The notes under the pieces are model-generated. The model searched no databases, was not told the origin of the DNA, and saw only the letters and a program-made list of their open reading frames with translations. A program made the position numbers and the translations under genes. Below are positions 10,283-20,694 of a stretch of DNA of 64,000 nt, piece after piece. How positions within the stretch are numbered: the first letter of the stretch is position 1; every line of letters begins with the position of its first letter. Source of the DNA: a bacterium (lineage in GTDB: Bacteria; UBA8248); NCBI GenBank assembly GCA_965213625.1, contig CBDBZU010000004.1:4000001-4064000 (forward strand). Reading direction: 5' to 3'.

Positions 10283-11866
10283 TCAACGCGCAGTGGCCAT
10301 GTGGCGGGTTTCGCGAATGACGGTCACGAGTATCTCGCCCGGATACGTGCGTTCGCTTTCGATCCTCTTGGCGATGTCCCGCGCCAGGAAGGTCGCCTGC
10401 GAATCGGTAATCTCATCGGGCAGGACCGACACGCGAATCTCCCGGCCTGCCTGTATGGCGAAGCACTTCTCCACGCCATTGAAGGATTCAGCGATTTTCT
10501 CGAGCGCCTCCAGGCGCTTGATGTAGCTCTCCACCATCTCGCGCCTCGCCCCCGGCCGGGCGGCGGATAGCGTATCGGCCGCCTTCACAAGGACGGATTC
10601 GATGCAATTCGCCTCCTCGTCCTCATGGTGGGAGACGATGGCGTTCAAGACCTCGGGGGGTTCGTTGTAGCGCTTGGCAATGTCGTAGCCTATCTGGACA
10701 TGGGAGCCCTCGACCTCATGCGTCGCCGCCTTACCGATGTCATGAAACAAGCCGGCACGCTTCGCCATCGTGGGGTCGATTCGCAGCTCATCGGCCAGCA
10801 TGCCGGATAGATAGGCCACTTCCTTGGAGTGCATGAGCGCATTCTGGCTGTAGCTCGTTCGGTATTTAAGACGCCCCAGCATTTTCACGAGTTCAGGATG
10901 AACGTCGCCGACGCCGAGTTCCATCACGGCCTCCTCTCCCGCCTGGCGGATCTGGGAGTCGATGTCTCTTTTCGTCTTGTTGACGATGTCCTCGATTCTA
11001 CCCGGGTGGATTCGCCCGTCCTGCACGAGCGCTTCGAGCGCCAGGCGCGCCGTCTCGCGGCGAACCTTGTCGAAGCCCGAGACGACGACGGCCTCGGGCG
11101 TATCGTCGATGATCACGTCCACGCCGGTCGCCATCTCGAGGGCGCGTATGTTCCGGCCCTCGCGGCCGATGATGCGGCCTTTCATCTCATCGGTCGGCAA
11201 ATCCACCACACTCACCAGATTTTCCGCCACGTGCTCGGAGGAGAAGCGCTCCACGGCCAGGGCGAGCGCCTTTTTCGCCTCGGCATCCACGGTGTTCCTG
11301 GCCCGGCGTTCGAGACGCTGCACCTCGGCGGCGATGTCCTGTTTCGCCTCCTCCATAAAGCGATCCTTGAGTTCTTTCTTCGCGTTCTCGACGCTGAGGC
11401 CCGAAATTTCCTCGAGCTTTTTTATCTCCTCATCCTGGAGTTGCTTGTAGCGCGCCTCCTCACGCTTCAGTTCCTGTTCCTTTACGCTCAACTCGGCATC
11501 GCGGCGCTCGACCGCCGCCTCTTTGCCGTCGAGGTTCTCGCGGCGCCTGTCCAGTATTTCTTCGCGCTGGTTCACCCTTTGTTCGAACTTTTGAAGTTCA
11601 TCCACGCGGGATTTGTTCTCCCGCTCAATGCGCTCTCTCTCCTGCAGCAACTCCGCCTTGTGCGCGACCTGCGACTCCTGAATCTTTTGTGAGAGTTCCT
11701 TGGCCGCGCTCTCGTTGATCTGCTGAACCCGCTTATCGGCGTCCGCCTCCAAGCGGGCGACCGTCTCTTCATTCCGGCGCTTCATCGACCGCATGCTCAC
11801 AAACATCGCCACGCACACGACGGCAACTGCAACAACGGTTATCTGCAACAAAACCACGTTATCCAT
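10283..11866 (-). CDS. rny: Ribonuclease Y
   Basis: N-terminal TM, coiled coil, KH (KGRIIGREGRNI), HD (HDIGKA), AIQAGREIRV. Confidence 0.98.
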   Translation of the reverse strand: MDNVVLLQITVVAVAVVCVAMFVSMRSMKRRNEETVARLEADADKRVQQINESAAKELSQKIQESQVAHKAELLQERERIERENKSRVDELQKFEQRVNQREEILDRRRENLDGKEAAVERRDAELSVKEQELKREEARYKQLQDEEIKKLEEISGLSVENAKKELKDRFMEEAKQDIAAEVQRLERRARNTVDAEAKKALALAVERFSSEHVAENLVSVVDLPTDEMKGRIIGREGRNIRALEMATGVDVIIDDTPEAVVVSGFDKVRRETARLALEALVQDGRIHPGRIEDIVNKTKRDIDSQIRQAGEEAVMELGVGDVHPELVKMLGRLKYRTSYSQNALMHSKEVAYLSGMLADELRIDPTMAKRAGLFHDIGKAATHEVEGSHVQIGYDIAKRYNEPPEVLNAIVSHHEDEEANCIESVLVKAADTLSAARPGARREMVESYIKRLEALEKIAESFNGVEKCFAIQAGREIRVSVLPDEITDSQATFLARDIAKRIESERTYPGEILVTVIRETRHMATAR

Positions 11867-11875
11867 ATTCGCCTC

Positions 11876-12493
11876 CTAGGGCATATATTCACGTGGGAGG
11901 CAACGCAGCGCCCCCCGATCGGTTATCACCCAATCAACGTCGACATCCCAAGCTTCATGCTTCCAGGATTTACCGACGAGCAACTGAAACGCAAAACCGG
12001 CGCCAACCAGCAGAGGGCCGGACCCTCCCACGCCGCCTTGGCGCCCCTGAAAAGTGCGATCATAGTACCCGCCGCCGGTTCCCAGGCGACCGCCGTACAG
12101 ATCGAACGCAAGGCCGGGGATTACGACCACATCGAGTTCGTTCACATCCAGGGGAGAAATATCGCGAACTGGTTCTGGAATTTGAAGCGTGCCTGGCTGA
12201 AGCTCCACCTCGGGATGATTCACCGGACAGAAGTGCAAAACATCTTTCCCCACCCGGGGGAAGCAAAATATCCTTTTCGAATCGTTGCCTTCACTCCAGA
12301 GCGATGAAAAATCCATCTCACCGCGAACCGCCGCATATATCCCCACCCTGCGCGCGCCCATGAAAACCAGCAATGCAGCCAAGCGCCGTCCCGCCAAGCG
12401 GCTCAACACGCCGGCCTCGGCAGGGGGAAATTGTTCTCTCATCTCCTTCATTTTCAGCCGAACGTCACATTTCTCCATGTATGATTCGGCCAT
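11876..12493 (-). CDS. ygfA: 5-formyltetrahydrofolate cyclo-ligase
   Basis: IPEP, VVIPGLAFDLYGGRLGTGGGYYDR; canonical position after 6S RNA. Confidence 0.92.
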   Translation of the reverse strand: MAESYMEKCDVRLKMKEMREQFPPAEAGVLSRLAGRRLAALLVFMGARRVGIYAAVRGEMDFSSLWSEGNDSKRIFCFPRVGKDVLHFCPVNHPEVELQPGTLQIPEPVRDISPLDVNELDVVVIPGLAFDLYGGRLGTGGGYYDRTFQGRQGGVGGSGPLLVGAGFAFQLLVGKSWKHEAWDVDVDWVITDRGALRCLPREYMP

Positions 12494-12574
12494 GAATCCT
12501 CTTTCAACGCCAAATCCGAGTCTTCATGAGCAGGAGCGGAAATTCCATCTGCAGACTCGAGGTCCATATCTATA

Positions 12575-12756
12575 ATGACCCCGCCTTGTGCCGTGTGAGG
12601 TTCGCTTTGAACCCAGCTTTCGCCAGGTGGGCGTCCACGTCCATGGCTTTAGGCCGAACTCCCCGAGAGGAATAGCTCACCACCGTGGGGCAGGACTCCC
12701 GGTACATTAGTACTGGGTCAAAATGCTTTCCCCCATCACGAACACGGCAGGGTCAA
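12575..12756 (-). ncRNA. ssrS: 6S RNA
   Basis: ~180 nt with complementary ends (TGACCC...CCGTGT / ACACGG...GGGTCA) between zapA and ygfA, the conserved 6S locus. Confidence 0.88.
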
Positions 12757-12831
12757 AGCAAAAGAGTATTATGACACTAAAATCTGGGGATGAATACAGG
12801 GAAAAGCCATCGCGTGGGAAGAAACTTCTGT

Positions 12832-13110
12832 TCAGCCCGCTTTTCTCACCATCTCCAACAGAGAATCAGCGCGCTGCGAGAGGGTTTCCTCGCTTTCTTC
12901 ATTCGATTTTCTCTGCTCGAACAACTCATTGGCGATGTTCATCGACGCCAGCAGAACGACCTTTATCGGATCATTCGATTGGCGTGAAACCTTGTGAATT
13001 TGAGAATCAACATATTCGGCGAGTTGCAACGTGTATTCCGAGTCGGCCGAACTTCTCAGGTTCAGTGAATGACCAAATATCTCCACCACGAATTTATTCT
13101 CCCCGGCCAT
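12832..13110 (-). CDS. zapA: Cell division protein ZapA
   Basis: VEIFGHSLNL, LAEYVDSQI, VLLASMNIANEL. Confidence 0.9.
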   Translation of the reverse strand: MAGENKFVVEIFGHSLNLRSSADSEYTLQLAEYVDSQIHKVSRQSNDPIKVVLLASMNIANELFEQRKSNEESEETLSQRADSLLEMVRKAG

Positions 13111-13152
13111 AAGCTGTCTCCTTATGCCGTTATACTGCAGACCTGCGTCAAA

Positions 13153-13407
13153 CTACTCGATGTGCGTCAAAATCTTCTCCACGCGCTCTCGAACCTCGTC
13201 CTGCTCTTTTTGAAGCCGCACGTTTTCCGCCTGGCATTTCGCCAATTCGTCGGCCTGAGCGCGCACGGACTCCGTATCGGAGCGGGCCTCTTCTCTCATC
13301 CTCTGTAGCTGCGACTCCAATTCCGCCCGGGAGCGCCTAAGAGAGTTGCGTTCCTCCAAAAGATTCGAGAGCGCTGTTTCTAGCGCGTTTAATTTATCAA
13401 TGACCAT
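13153..13407 (-). CDS. zapB: ZapB-like coiled-coil protein
   Basis: All coiled coil, ends VRERVEKILTHIE; directly upstream of zapA. Confidence 0.75.
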   Translation of the reverse strand: MVIDKLNALETALSNLLEERNSLRRSRAELESQLQRMREEARSDTESVRAQADELAKCQAENVRLQKEQDEVRERVEKILTHIE

Positions 13408-13466
13408 TCTGACACTCTTTCCACGGGCGCAAGACAAGAAATGAGTTTCGATGATGCTAGAAAATA

Positions 13467-13495
13467 ATTCTAGGTTCGGAAAAATGCGGTGTCAA
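13467..13495 (-). promoter_or_regulatory. Sigma70-type promoter for zapBA
   Basis: TTGACA-17 nt-TAGAAT on the minus strand. Confidence 0.7.
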
Positions 13496-13503
13496 GGAAA
13501 CTA

Positions 13504-15915
13504 TCAAGAGCGAAGTCGCGCACCTAGGCGCGCGCTCAAGGCCCCTACGATTCCATCGAAGGCCTCGCTGACCTGCTCGTCGGTGAGCGTCGCTTCGGAG
13601 TGACGGAATACAAGCGAATACGCCAGGCTCTTCTCCCCCGAGTCCTTGAGAGCAGCATCCTGGTAGACATCGAACAGATGCACCGACTCGAGCCAGTCTC
13701 CACCCGCCTGGTGGATGACATCCTCGATCTCCCCATTGGTCCGCACGGCATCCACTACGACCGCCAGATCGCGCAGCGAAGCCGGGTACCTCGGCAAGGG
13801 CGTCAGGCGGCGAGGGGCGGGGTCGATTTCGGCCAAAGCGGCGAGGTTTATCTCGAAAGCGGCTACACCCGTTTCGATATCCCAGACGCCCAGCGCCTCG
13901 GGCGCCACCAAACCAACGTGGCCGAGCGCCACCTCACCGGCCAGAACCTTCGAAACCGCCGACGGCTCCCAGCCCGGAGCGGCGTCGACCGATTCGAACA
14001 GGAGGTCCTCCAGCCCCAGGGATTCCAGGAATCGCTCAAGCACCCCTTTGAGTTCAGACAAAGCCTCCGGAAGCGAGACGTCATCCCGAGACGCCGCGCT
14101 CCCCACTACGACGCCGGCCAAACGCAACATCTGACCCGGCAAGGCTTCTCCATTCGCGGGATGAAACGAGCGTCCCAACTCGAACAGGCGAATCTCGTCC
14201 ACTCCCCGGCTCAGGTTGTGCGCCACGTTCGCCAGCAAACCGGCAACCAGCGTTGTCCTGAGCATGTCCATCTCGCCGCTCAGCGGATTGCGCAGCGCCA
14301 CCATCTGCTCATCGCGCCACCCCATGCTCTGCAGGGACTCTCTGCTGATAAAGCTGTAGTTGAGCGCCTCGCTGAACCCGCCGGCCACCATGATACGGCG
14401 CGCCTGAAGTTCCAGAGTGCGGGTGCGCGTCGGTCTTGCGGCAGGGTTTCCCGAAGCCGGCAGGGTGGCGGGAATGTTCTCGTAGCCCACCCTTCTGGCC
14501 ACTTCTTCGATGAGGTCGATCTCGCGTTCGATGTCGGGCCGGAAGGTGGGGACTTCGACGCTGAAAACGCCGTCTTCTTTATCACTCACAAGGAGTCCCA
14601 AGGATGCGAGGCTCTCCCTCACGCGGGGGCCGTCCAGGGATACGCCGAGCAGGCTCGATGCGCGCGCCACACGAATCGGCACCTGCTTTGGCGCTACCGG
14701 CGCCGGATGCGCGTCCACGGCCCCTTGGGCGATTACGCCTCCCGCCGTCTGGCGGATCAGTTCGGCGGCCAGATCCGCAGCGCGAACCGTGCCCGAGGGG
14801 TCCACCCCGCGCTCGAAGCGATACGACGCCTCCGTGGACATGCCCAGACGCCTGCGGGTGCGGCGGATGGTCTGGGGCGTGAAATAGGCGCTCTCGAGAA
14901 GGATGTCGCGGGTGTCGTCGCTCACCTCGGAGAAGAGCCCTCCCATCACCCCGCCGATGGCGACGGGCTTTTTATCGTCGCAGATCATGAGGTCCTCACT
15001 GTCCATCTCGCGCTTTTGTCCGTCGAGCGTTGTGAACGGGCCGTCGCTCTCGGCCCACCTTCTCACGATGATTTTTTGCTCGGCCAGGCGGTGCAAGTCG
15101 AACGCGTGGAGCGGCTGACCCTGAGAGAGCATTACATAGTTCGTCACGTCGACCACGTTGTTGATCGGCCGCATCCCCGCCGCTCTCAAGCGCCGCGCCA
15201 TCCAGCCGGGCGATGAGCCGATCTGCACCCCCTGGATAATGCGTGCTGCGTAGCGCGGGCATTTGTCCGGGTCCCATATCTCCACCGCGCAGACCGAAGC
15301 CGCGGATGTACTCTCATCCTCTTTGACGGTGATATCAGGCGCTCTGAGCGAGGTCCCCAAAAGAGCCGACGCCTCGCGCGCCACGCCCAGGACGGAGAGG
15401 CAATCCGCGCGGTTCGGCGTAATCGAGATGTCGAAAATCACGTCGTTCAGCCCGAGAAGCTCAGCCGCGTCGCTCCCGATGGCGGGCCCATCCCCAAGCA
15501 CCATGATGCCGCTATGGTCCGTGCCCAGACCGAGTTCGCGCTCCGAGCAGATCATCCCCTCGCTCTGCTCGCCGCGAATGCGCGCGATTTCTACCTTCAT
15601 CCCCCCCGGCATCCGCACACCAGGGGTGGCTAGGACGACACGTCGGCCAGCCGCAACGTTGGGCGCGCCACAGACCACGGAGCGCTCTCCTGCGCCATCC
15701 GCCACGCGGCAAAGTTTGAGCCTGTCCGCGTTGGGATGAGGGTCCACGGACAAGACTTCAGCCACCACCAGCCCGTCGAACGACGCTTCGGGTCGCTCAA
15801 GCGCCTCGACTTCCAGACCTGCGAGCAGAAGCCCGTTCGCGAGGCGTTCGGGCAGATCGGCATCCTCCAAGTCCAGGTCGATAAAATCGGCGAGCCATTC
15901 CAGGCTAATCCGCAT
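13504..15915 (-). CDS. pheT: Phenylalanine--tRNA ligase beta subunit
   Basis: HPNADRL, VCGAPN, ITPNRADCLS, EASYRFERG, FDVY...KSLAY. Confidence 0.98.
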   Translation of the reverse strand: MRISLEWLADFIDLDLEDADLPERLANGLLLAGLEVEALERPEASFDGLVVAEVLSVDPHPNADRLKLCRVADGAGERSVVCGAPNVAAGRRVVLATPGVRMPGGMKVEIARIRGEQSEGMICSERELGLGTDHSGIMVLGDGPAIGSDAAELLGLNDVIFDISITPNRADCLSVLGVAREASALLGTSLRAPDITVKEDESTSAASVCAVEIWDPDKCPRYAARIIQGVQIGSSPGWMARRLRAAGMRPINNVVDVTNYVMLSQGQPLHAFDLHRLAEQKIIVRRWAESDGPFTTLDGQKREMDSEDLMICDDKKPVAIGGVMGGLFSEVSDDTRDILLESAYFTPQTIRRTRRRLGMSTEASYRFERGVDPSGTVRAADLAAELIRQTAGGVIAQGAVDAHPAPVAPKQVPIRVARASSLLGVSLDGPRVRESLASLGLLVSDKEDGVFSVEVPTFRPDIEREIDLIEEVARRVGYENIPATLPASGNPAARPTRTRTLELQARRIMVAGGFSEALNYSFISRESLQSMGWRDEQMVALRNPLSGEMDMLRTTLVAGLLANVAHNLSRGVDEIRLFELGRSFHPANGEALPGQMLRLAGVVVGSAASRDDVSLPEALSELKGVLERFLESLGLEDLLFESVDAAPGWEPSAVSKVLAGEVALGHVGLVAPEALGVWDIETGVAAFEINLAALAEIDPAPRRLTPLPRYPASLRDLAVVVDAVRTNGEIEDVIHQAGGDWLESVHLFDVYQDAALKDSGEKSLAYSLVFRHSEATLTDEQVSEAFDGIVGALSARLGARLRS

Positions 15916-15948
15916 CTGGGTTCCTCATCGCGCGTTTAAACCGGATAA

Positions 15949-17061
15949 TCAGAATTGCCGCAGCATTCTCAAATCGTTCTCAAAGAAAAGACGGATATCG
16001 CTGATGCCGTAGCGCAGCATTGTGATGCGCTCCACGCCCAGCCCCCAGGCGAATCCGGTCCACCGCTCGGGGTCATACCCCACCGCCTCGAAGACCGCCG
16101 GGTCCACCATGCCTGCGCCCAAAACTTCCATCCACTCCCCGCCGGCCACATACTCGCTGGCGATGTCCACTTCGACGCTCGGCTCGGTGAACGGGAAGAA
16201 GCTGGGCCTCAGCCGCACGCGGTATTCAGGCCCGAAGATTTCGCGCACGAAAGCCTCGAGCGTTCCCTTCAAGTCGGCGAACGTTACGCCTTCATCCACG
16301 TACAGGCCCTCGATCTGGTGAAACATGGGCGAATGCGTGACATCGGCGTCGCATCGAAAAACCTTGCCTGGGGCGATGACCTTCACAGGCGGCGGCTGAC
16401 TCTCCATCACCCGAATCTGGACGGGCGAGGTGTGCGTGCGCAAAAGAGCGTCGCCGGCGAGATAAAACGTGTCCTGCATGTCGCGCGCGGGGTGGTCCTT
16501 GGGGATGTTCAGGGCTTCAAAGTTATAGTAATCGAGTTCCGCCTCCGGGCCTTCGGCAACGGAATAGCCCAGGCGCGTGAGCACCTCGATCAAATCCTCC
16601 ATCGTCTGCACGAGCGGGTGCTCGTAACCGATGAGCGGGGCGCGTCCTGGAATCGTGAGGTCGAGCCGCGAGCGTGAAGTATCGGCGGCTTCCCCGGCGG
16701 CGAGAATCTCGCTCGTCCTTTGCTCGATCATCTCGCCCAACGCGCCACCCTCTTCCCTGCCACTCAGGCGCTCGCCGAGGGTGCGGTGCGCTTCGATTAT
16801 CTTATCCTTGTCATCTTCCTTGATGGCCGAAACGCTCGCCTCGATGTAGGCGCGAACCGAGTTGGCCAGCGGACCCACAATGCGCTTCTCCTCGGCGGAC
16901 AGATCCTTGAGGCCCCGCATCACCTCATTGAGTTCACCGCCCTTGCGGCCCAGGTAGCGGATGCGCACTCCCTCGGCCGCGCCTGCGTCGCGAGCGGCCC
17001 AGGCGTCTGACAAGACGCCAGAGGATTCACGGATAATGCCGACAAGCAGGTCTTCGCTCAT
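15949..17061 (-). CDS. pheS: Phenylalanine--tRNA ligase alpha subunit
   Basis: HPARDMQDTF, LRTHTSPVQ, FHQIEG, FPFTEPS, GFAWGLGVER. Confidence 0.98.
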   Translation of the reverse strand: MSEDLLVGIIRESSGVLSDAWAARDAGAAEGVRIRYLGRKGGELNEVMRGLKDLSAEEKRIVGPLANSVRAYIEASVSAIKEDDKDKIIEAHRTLGERLSGREEGGALGEMIEQRTSEILAAGEAADTSRSRLDLTIPGRAPLIGYEHPLVQTMEDLIEVLTRLGYSVAEGPEAELDYYNFEALNIPKDHPARDMQDTFYLAGDALLRTHTSPVQIRVMESQPPPVKVIAPGKVFRCDADVTHSPMFHQIEGLYVDEGVTFADLKGTLEAFVREIFGPEYRVRLRPSFFPFTEPSVEVDIASEYVAGGEWMEVLGAGMVDPAVFEAVGYDPERWTGFAWGLGVERITMLRYGISDIRLFFENDLRMLRQF

Positions 17062-17096
17062 GCTCGTTCCTCAATCCCCATTCTTACGGGGCCGCA

Positions 17097-17128
17097 TAAA
17101 AAAGGCCCCACCCGGCAGGGTGGAGCCT
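17097..17128 (-). terminator. Rho-independent terminator after rplT
   Basis: AGGCTCCACCC-TGCC-GGGTGGGGCCT followed by a T run on the minus strand. Confidence 0.75.
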
Positions 17129-17151
17129 GAAGCACTTTTTCTCGCCCGGCT

Positions 17152-17508
17152 CTAGGCGGCCTGCGCCTTGGCGATTTCCACGAGTTTGCCGAATGCCTGG
17201 GGGTCCTCTATCGCCAATTCGGCCAGAATCTTGCGGTTCACTTCCACGCCCGCCTGGCCCAGCCCCCAGATGAAACGGCTGTAATTGAGACCATGCAGAC
17301 GGGCCGCCGCATTGATGCGAACATTCCAAAGACGCCTGAACTCGCGCTTGCGCACCCGGCGGTCGCGGTAGGCGTAGGCGCGGGCGCGATGCACGGACTC
17401 CCGCGCGGAGCGGAACCGCTTCGAGCGCGCGCCCCGGTAGCCCTTCGCTTCCTTGAGAATCCTGCGATGTCGTTCCCTGCTCGCCGGTTTTCCTGTCGAA
17501 CGCGGCAT
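17152..17508 (-). CDS. rplT: 50S ribosomal protein L20
   Basis: [43 protein letters not shown]. Confidence 0.99.
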   Translation of the reverse strand: MPRSTGKPASRERHRRILKEAKGYRGARSKRFRSARESVHRARAYAYRDRRVRKREFRRLWNVRINAAARLHGLNYSRFIWGLGQAGVEVNRKILAELAIEDPQAFGKLVEIAKAQAA

Positions 17509-17658
17509 GATTCGGTTACTCCCCTAATCAATGAATATCTTCCATTTACTCGGTGGCCGCTTCGAATTCTCAAGCAATTCCGGCGACCGACCGAGGGAAT
17601 ATACCCGCACGCACGGATGACCGCAAGCCCGAAATGACAAATGAGGAAAAGGGAGGTG

Positions 17659-17808
17659 TTACTTTCGGGCGCGCCTGATGGTGCGCCTGAGAATTATGGC
17701 AAAGATAAGGACCGCCCCTGCAGCATAAGGATATTCACCCACCATTGACCCGATGCCGCCCAATATCGACTTGATAAAGTCATTCAGAGCGCCAACCGGA
17801 TTGCTCAT
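17659..17808 (-). CDS. 49-aa small membrane protein (not in ORF track)
   Basis: MSNPVGALNDFIKSILGGIGSMVGEYPYAAGAVLIFAIILRRTIRRARK*. GGAG RBS; amphipathic helix, hydrophobic segment and Arg-rich tail; co-oriented between rpmI and rplT. Confidence 0.65.
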   Translation of the reverse strand: MSNPVGALNDFIKSILGGIGSMVGEYPYAAGAVLIFAIILRRTIRRARK

Positions 17809-17893
17809 TGCTTCGCTACTCCACTCCGGCGAAATGAAGGCGCAGTGTCACTCGCGCGCCCGGATCGAAGCCATCACCATATCTGCAAAAAGG

Positions 17894-18091
17894 CTACATG
17901 TAAGGTATCAGCCGCTTGATCATCTTCGCATCCGTGGAATTCGCGATGATGCTGTGGCGGAGTTCTCTTTTTCTTTTCGTCGACTTCTTCGTCAGTATAT
18001 GACGGTGATGAGAGCGGTTGCGCTTCACCTTGCCCGTGGCCGTTATCTTGAAACGCTTGGCCGCTCCGCGGTTCGTCTTCATCTTAGGCAT
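17894..18091 (-). CDS. rpmI: 50S ribosomal protein L35
   Basis: [34 protein letters not shown]. Confidence 0.99.
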   Translation of the reverse strand: MPKMKTNRGAAKRFKITATGKVKRNRSHHRHILTKKSTKRKRELRHSIIANSTDAKMIKRLIPYM

Positions 18092-18815
18092 CTTCTTTCA
18101 CTTCTCCTTCGGATTTCCCGTCATCCGCCCCGTCAGCCGGGCTGATATCAATGTCCGCTCCCTTGAGCGCATCGGCCAGAGGAGCCGTCAGTTTTCCATC
18201 GTCCACCGAGACTTCTTCGGCTTTCCTGCCGGATTTCTTGCGCGGCGTTGTATCCTTTTTGGGCGGTTTTGTCGATTTCGGCGCGAGAACCATCGTCATG
18301 TTGCGTCCCTCGAGGTTGGGGAACTGCTCCACCGTGCCGATTTCGATGAGTTCGTTCGCCATTCTCTCCAAGAGTTTTCGCCCCAGTTCGGGGTGGGTAA
18401 CCTCGCGTCCGCGAAACATGATGGTGACCTTCGCCTTGTTCCCGTCGTTCAAAAACCGCTCCGCGTGTTTTCTCTTGATCGCGTAGTCATGCTCTTCAAT
18501 CTTGATGCGAAGCTTGACCTCTTTCACCTCCACCACGCGCTGTTTCTTCTTGGCTTCCTGCGCCTTTTTCTGCTGCGTGTACTTGTAGCGGCCGAGGTCC
18601 ATGATCTTGCAAACGGGCGGGTCCGCGTTGGGAGATACCTCGACGAGGTCCAGATCCCTGTCCTCTGCGGCCTCCACCGCCTCCTCCACGGGGAGTACGC
18701 CGAGCTGCTGACCGTCCTCGTCGATGACCCGCACCATCGGTACGCGTATGTCCCGGTTGGCTCTGGGGCCTGTGGCCGTCGGGTGAATATCCCGTCCTCT
18801 GAAGCGTGACGCCAT
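18084..18815 (-). CDS. infC: Translation initiation factor IF-3 with long C-terminal tail
   Basis: [43 protein letters not shown]. Alternative ATT start at 18788. Confidence 0.97.
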   Translation of the reverse strand: MASRFRGRDIHPTATGPRANRDIRVPMVRVIDEDGQQLGVLPVEEAVEAAEDRDLDLVEVSPNADPPVCKIMDLGRYKYTQQKKAQEAKKKQRVVEVKEVKLRIKIEEHDYAIKRKHAERFLNDGNKAKVTIMFRGREVTHPELGRKLLERMANELIEIGTVEQFPNLEGRNMTMVLAPKSTKPPKKDTTPRKKSGRKAEEVSVDDGKLTAPLADALKGADIDISPADGADDGKSEGEVKEDA

Positions 18816-18816
18816 A

Positions 18817-20694
18817 TCAGACTGCTCCCGCGGTGAGTGATTTGTTATCGATGTCGCTTCGCATTCTCTGCATAAGTTCCTCCAATGAGATGGACCCCAC
18901 GTCGCCTTGTTCGCGAAGCCTCAAGGAAACTTCTCCCGTTTCCGCTTCGCGCGCGCCGAGGATGAGCATGTACGGTATCTTGTCTCTCTGGGCTTCCCTT
19001 ATTTTATACCCAATCTTCTCATTTCGGAAATCCCCCTCAGCGCGGAAGCCGGCGGCGAGCAGCTTGCTCTCCACCTCGCGGCCGTAGGGAATGTGATCGT
19101 CAGTGATCGTCATGAGGCGCGCCTGCTCAGGCGCGAGCCAGGTCGGGAACGCGCCCGCGTAGTGTTCGATCAGCCCTCCCACGAAGCGCTCCATCGAACC
19201 CATGACGGTTCTGTGGATCATGATGACCTTGTGGCGCGCGCCGTCCGCGCCGACGTAGTTGAGATCGAAACGCTTGGGCAGGTTGAAGTCGAACTGGATG
19301 GTGGGCCCCTGCCAGCCGCGGCCCAGGGCGTCGCGCATCTTGATGTCGATTTTCGGGCCGTAGAACGCCGCCTCGCCCTCGATGCGCTTATAAGAGATGT
19401 TCCGCTTCTCGAGCGCGCGGGTGAGCGCCTCCTCCGCCGCCTCCCAGTCCTCGAGCACGCCGGCGTACTTGCTGAAATCGGAAGAATCGTGCACCGAGAG
19501 TTCGGTCTCGAACTCCGCATACCCGAATGTATTCAGCATGTAGTGCGCCAGATCGATGACGCCCAGCACCTCGTCTTCGGCCTGTTCCGGCGTGCAGAAG
19601 ATGTGCGCGTCGTCCTGGGTGAAGCCCCGCACCCGGAGCATGCCGTGAAGCGCGCCGCTTCGCTCGTAGCGGTAGACCGTGCCCAGTTCCGCCAGTCGGT
19701 AGGGCAGATCGCGGTAGCTGTGTATCTTCTGCTGATAGATGAGGATGTGGCCCGGGCAGTTCATGGGCTTCAGGACGTATTCATCCTCGTCGATGTTCAG
19801 GACATACATGTTTTCCCGATAAAAATCATAATGACCCGAGGTCTTGAAGAGCACGTCGCGCGTAATGTGGGGGATGGAGACGAGCTGGTAGCCGCGCTTC
19901 ACGTGTTCATCTTCCCAGAAGCGCTCGATCACCTTTTTGACCGTCGTGCCACGGGGCTGCCAGTAGATGAGGCCGCCGCCCGCATCCTCATCGACCAGGA
20001 AGATGCCGAGTTGCTTGCCGATGACGCGGTGGTCTCTCTTTTTCGCGTCCTCGAGCTTTTGCAGATGATCGGCCAAGCCATCTTTCGTCGCAAAGGCGGT
20101 GCCGTAGATGCGCTGTAGCATCTTGTTCTTCTCGTCGCCGCGCCAGTAGGCGCCCGCCACGCTCAGGAGCTTGAAGTTGCGCAGCCAGCCCGTGCCGGGC
20201 ACGTGCGGCCCACGGCAGAGATCCACAAAATCGCCCTGGCGGTAGATGGAAAGCGCCTCGTCCTCGGGCAGGTCGTGGATCATCTCTATCTTGTAGTTCT
20301 CGCCCCTTTCCTCGAAAAGGGACAATGCGTCTTCGCGGGAGATGTCCTCGCGCTCGATGGCGTATTTCTTCTTGGCGAGTTTTTTCATTCTCGCCTGAAT
20401 CGACTTCAAATCCTCGGGCGTGAAGGTGACGTCGACGTCGATGTCGTAATAAAACCCGTTTTCGATCGGGGGGCCGATAGTGAGCTGCGCGCCCGGGTAG
20501 AGTTCCTGCACGGCCTGGGCCATGAGGTGCGCCGTGCTGTGGCGCAGAATCTCCAAGCCCTCCTCGGAATCGAGGAGGATGAACTCCGGCTCGGCGTCGT
20601 CGGGAAGGCCGCGATTCAAATCAACGGGCGCGCCGTCAATCTTCTGCGCGATGGCGTCTTTGGGTAAGTCTTTTTGCTTGGTTTGCTGAGACAT
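18817..20694 (-). CDS. thrS: Threonine--tRNA ligase
   Basis: RHSTAHLMA, DLCRGPH, KPMNCPGH, RVRGFTQDDAH, AFYGPKID. Confidence 0.99.
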   Translation of the reverse strand: MSQQTKQKDLPKDAIAQKIDGAPVDLNRGLPDDAEPEFILLDSEEGLEILRHSTAHLMAQAVQELYPGAQLTIGPPIENGFYYDIDVDVTFTPEDLKSIQARMKKLAKKKYAIEREDISREDALSLFEERGENYKIEMIHDLPEDEALSIYRQGDFVDLCRGPHVPGTGWLRNFKLLSVAGAYWRGDEKNKMLQRIYGTAFATKDGLADHLQKLEDAKKRDHRVIGKQLGIFLVDEDAGGGLIYWQPRGTTVKKVIERFWEDEHVKRGYQLVSIPHITRDVLFKTSGHYDFYRENMYVLNIDEDEYVLKPMNCPGHILIYQQKIHSYRDLPYRLAELGTVYRYERSGALHGMLRVRGFTQDDAHIFCTPEQAEDEVLGVIDLAHYMLNTFGYAEFETELSVHDSSDFSKYAGVLEDWEAAEEALTRALEKRNISYKRIEGEAAFYGPKIDIKMRDALGRGWQGPTIQFDFNLPKRFDLNYVGADGARHKVIMIHRTVMGSMERFVGGLIEHYAGAFPTWLAPEQARLMTITDDHIPYGREVESKLLAAGFRAEGDFRNEKIGYKIREAQRDKIPYMLILGAREAETGEVSLRLREQGDVGSISLEELMQRMRSDIDNKSLTAGAV

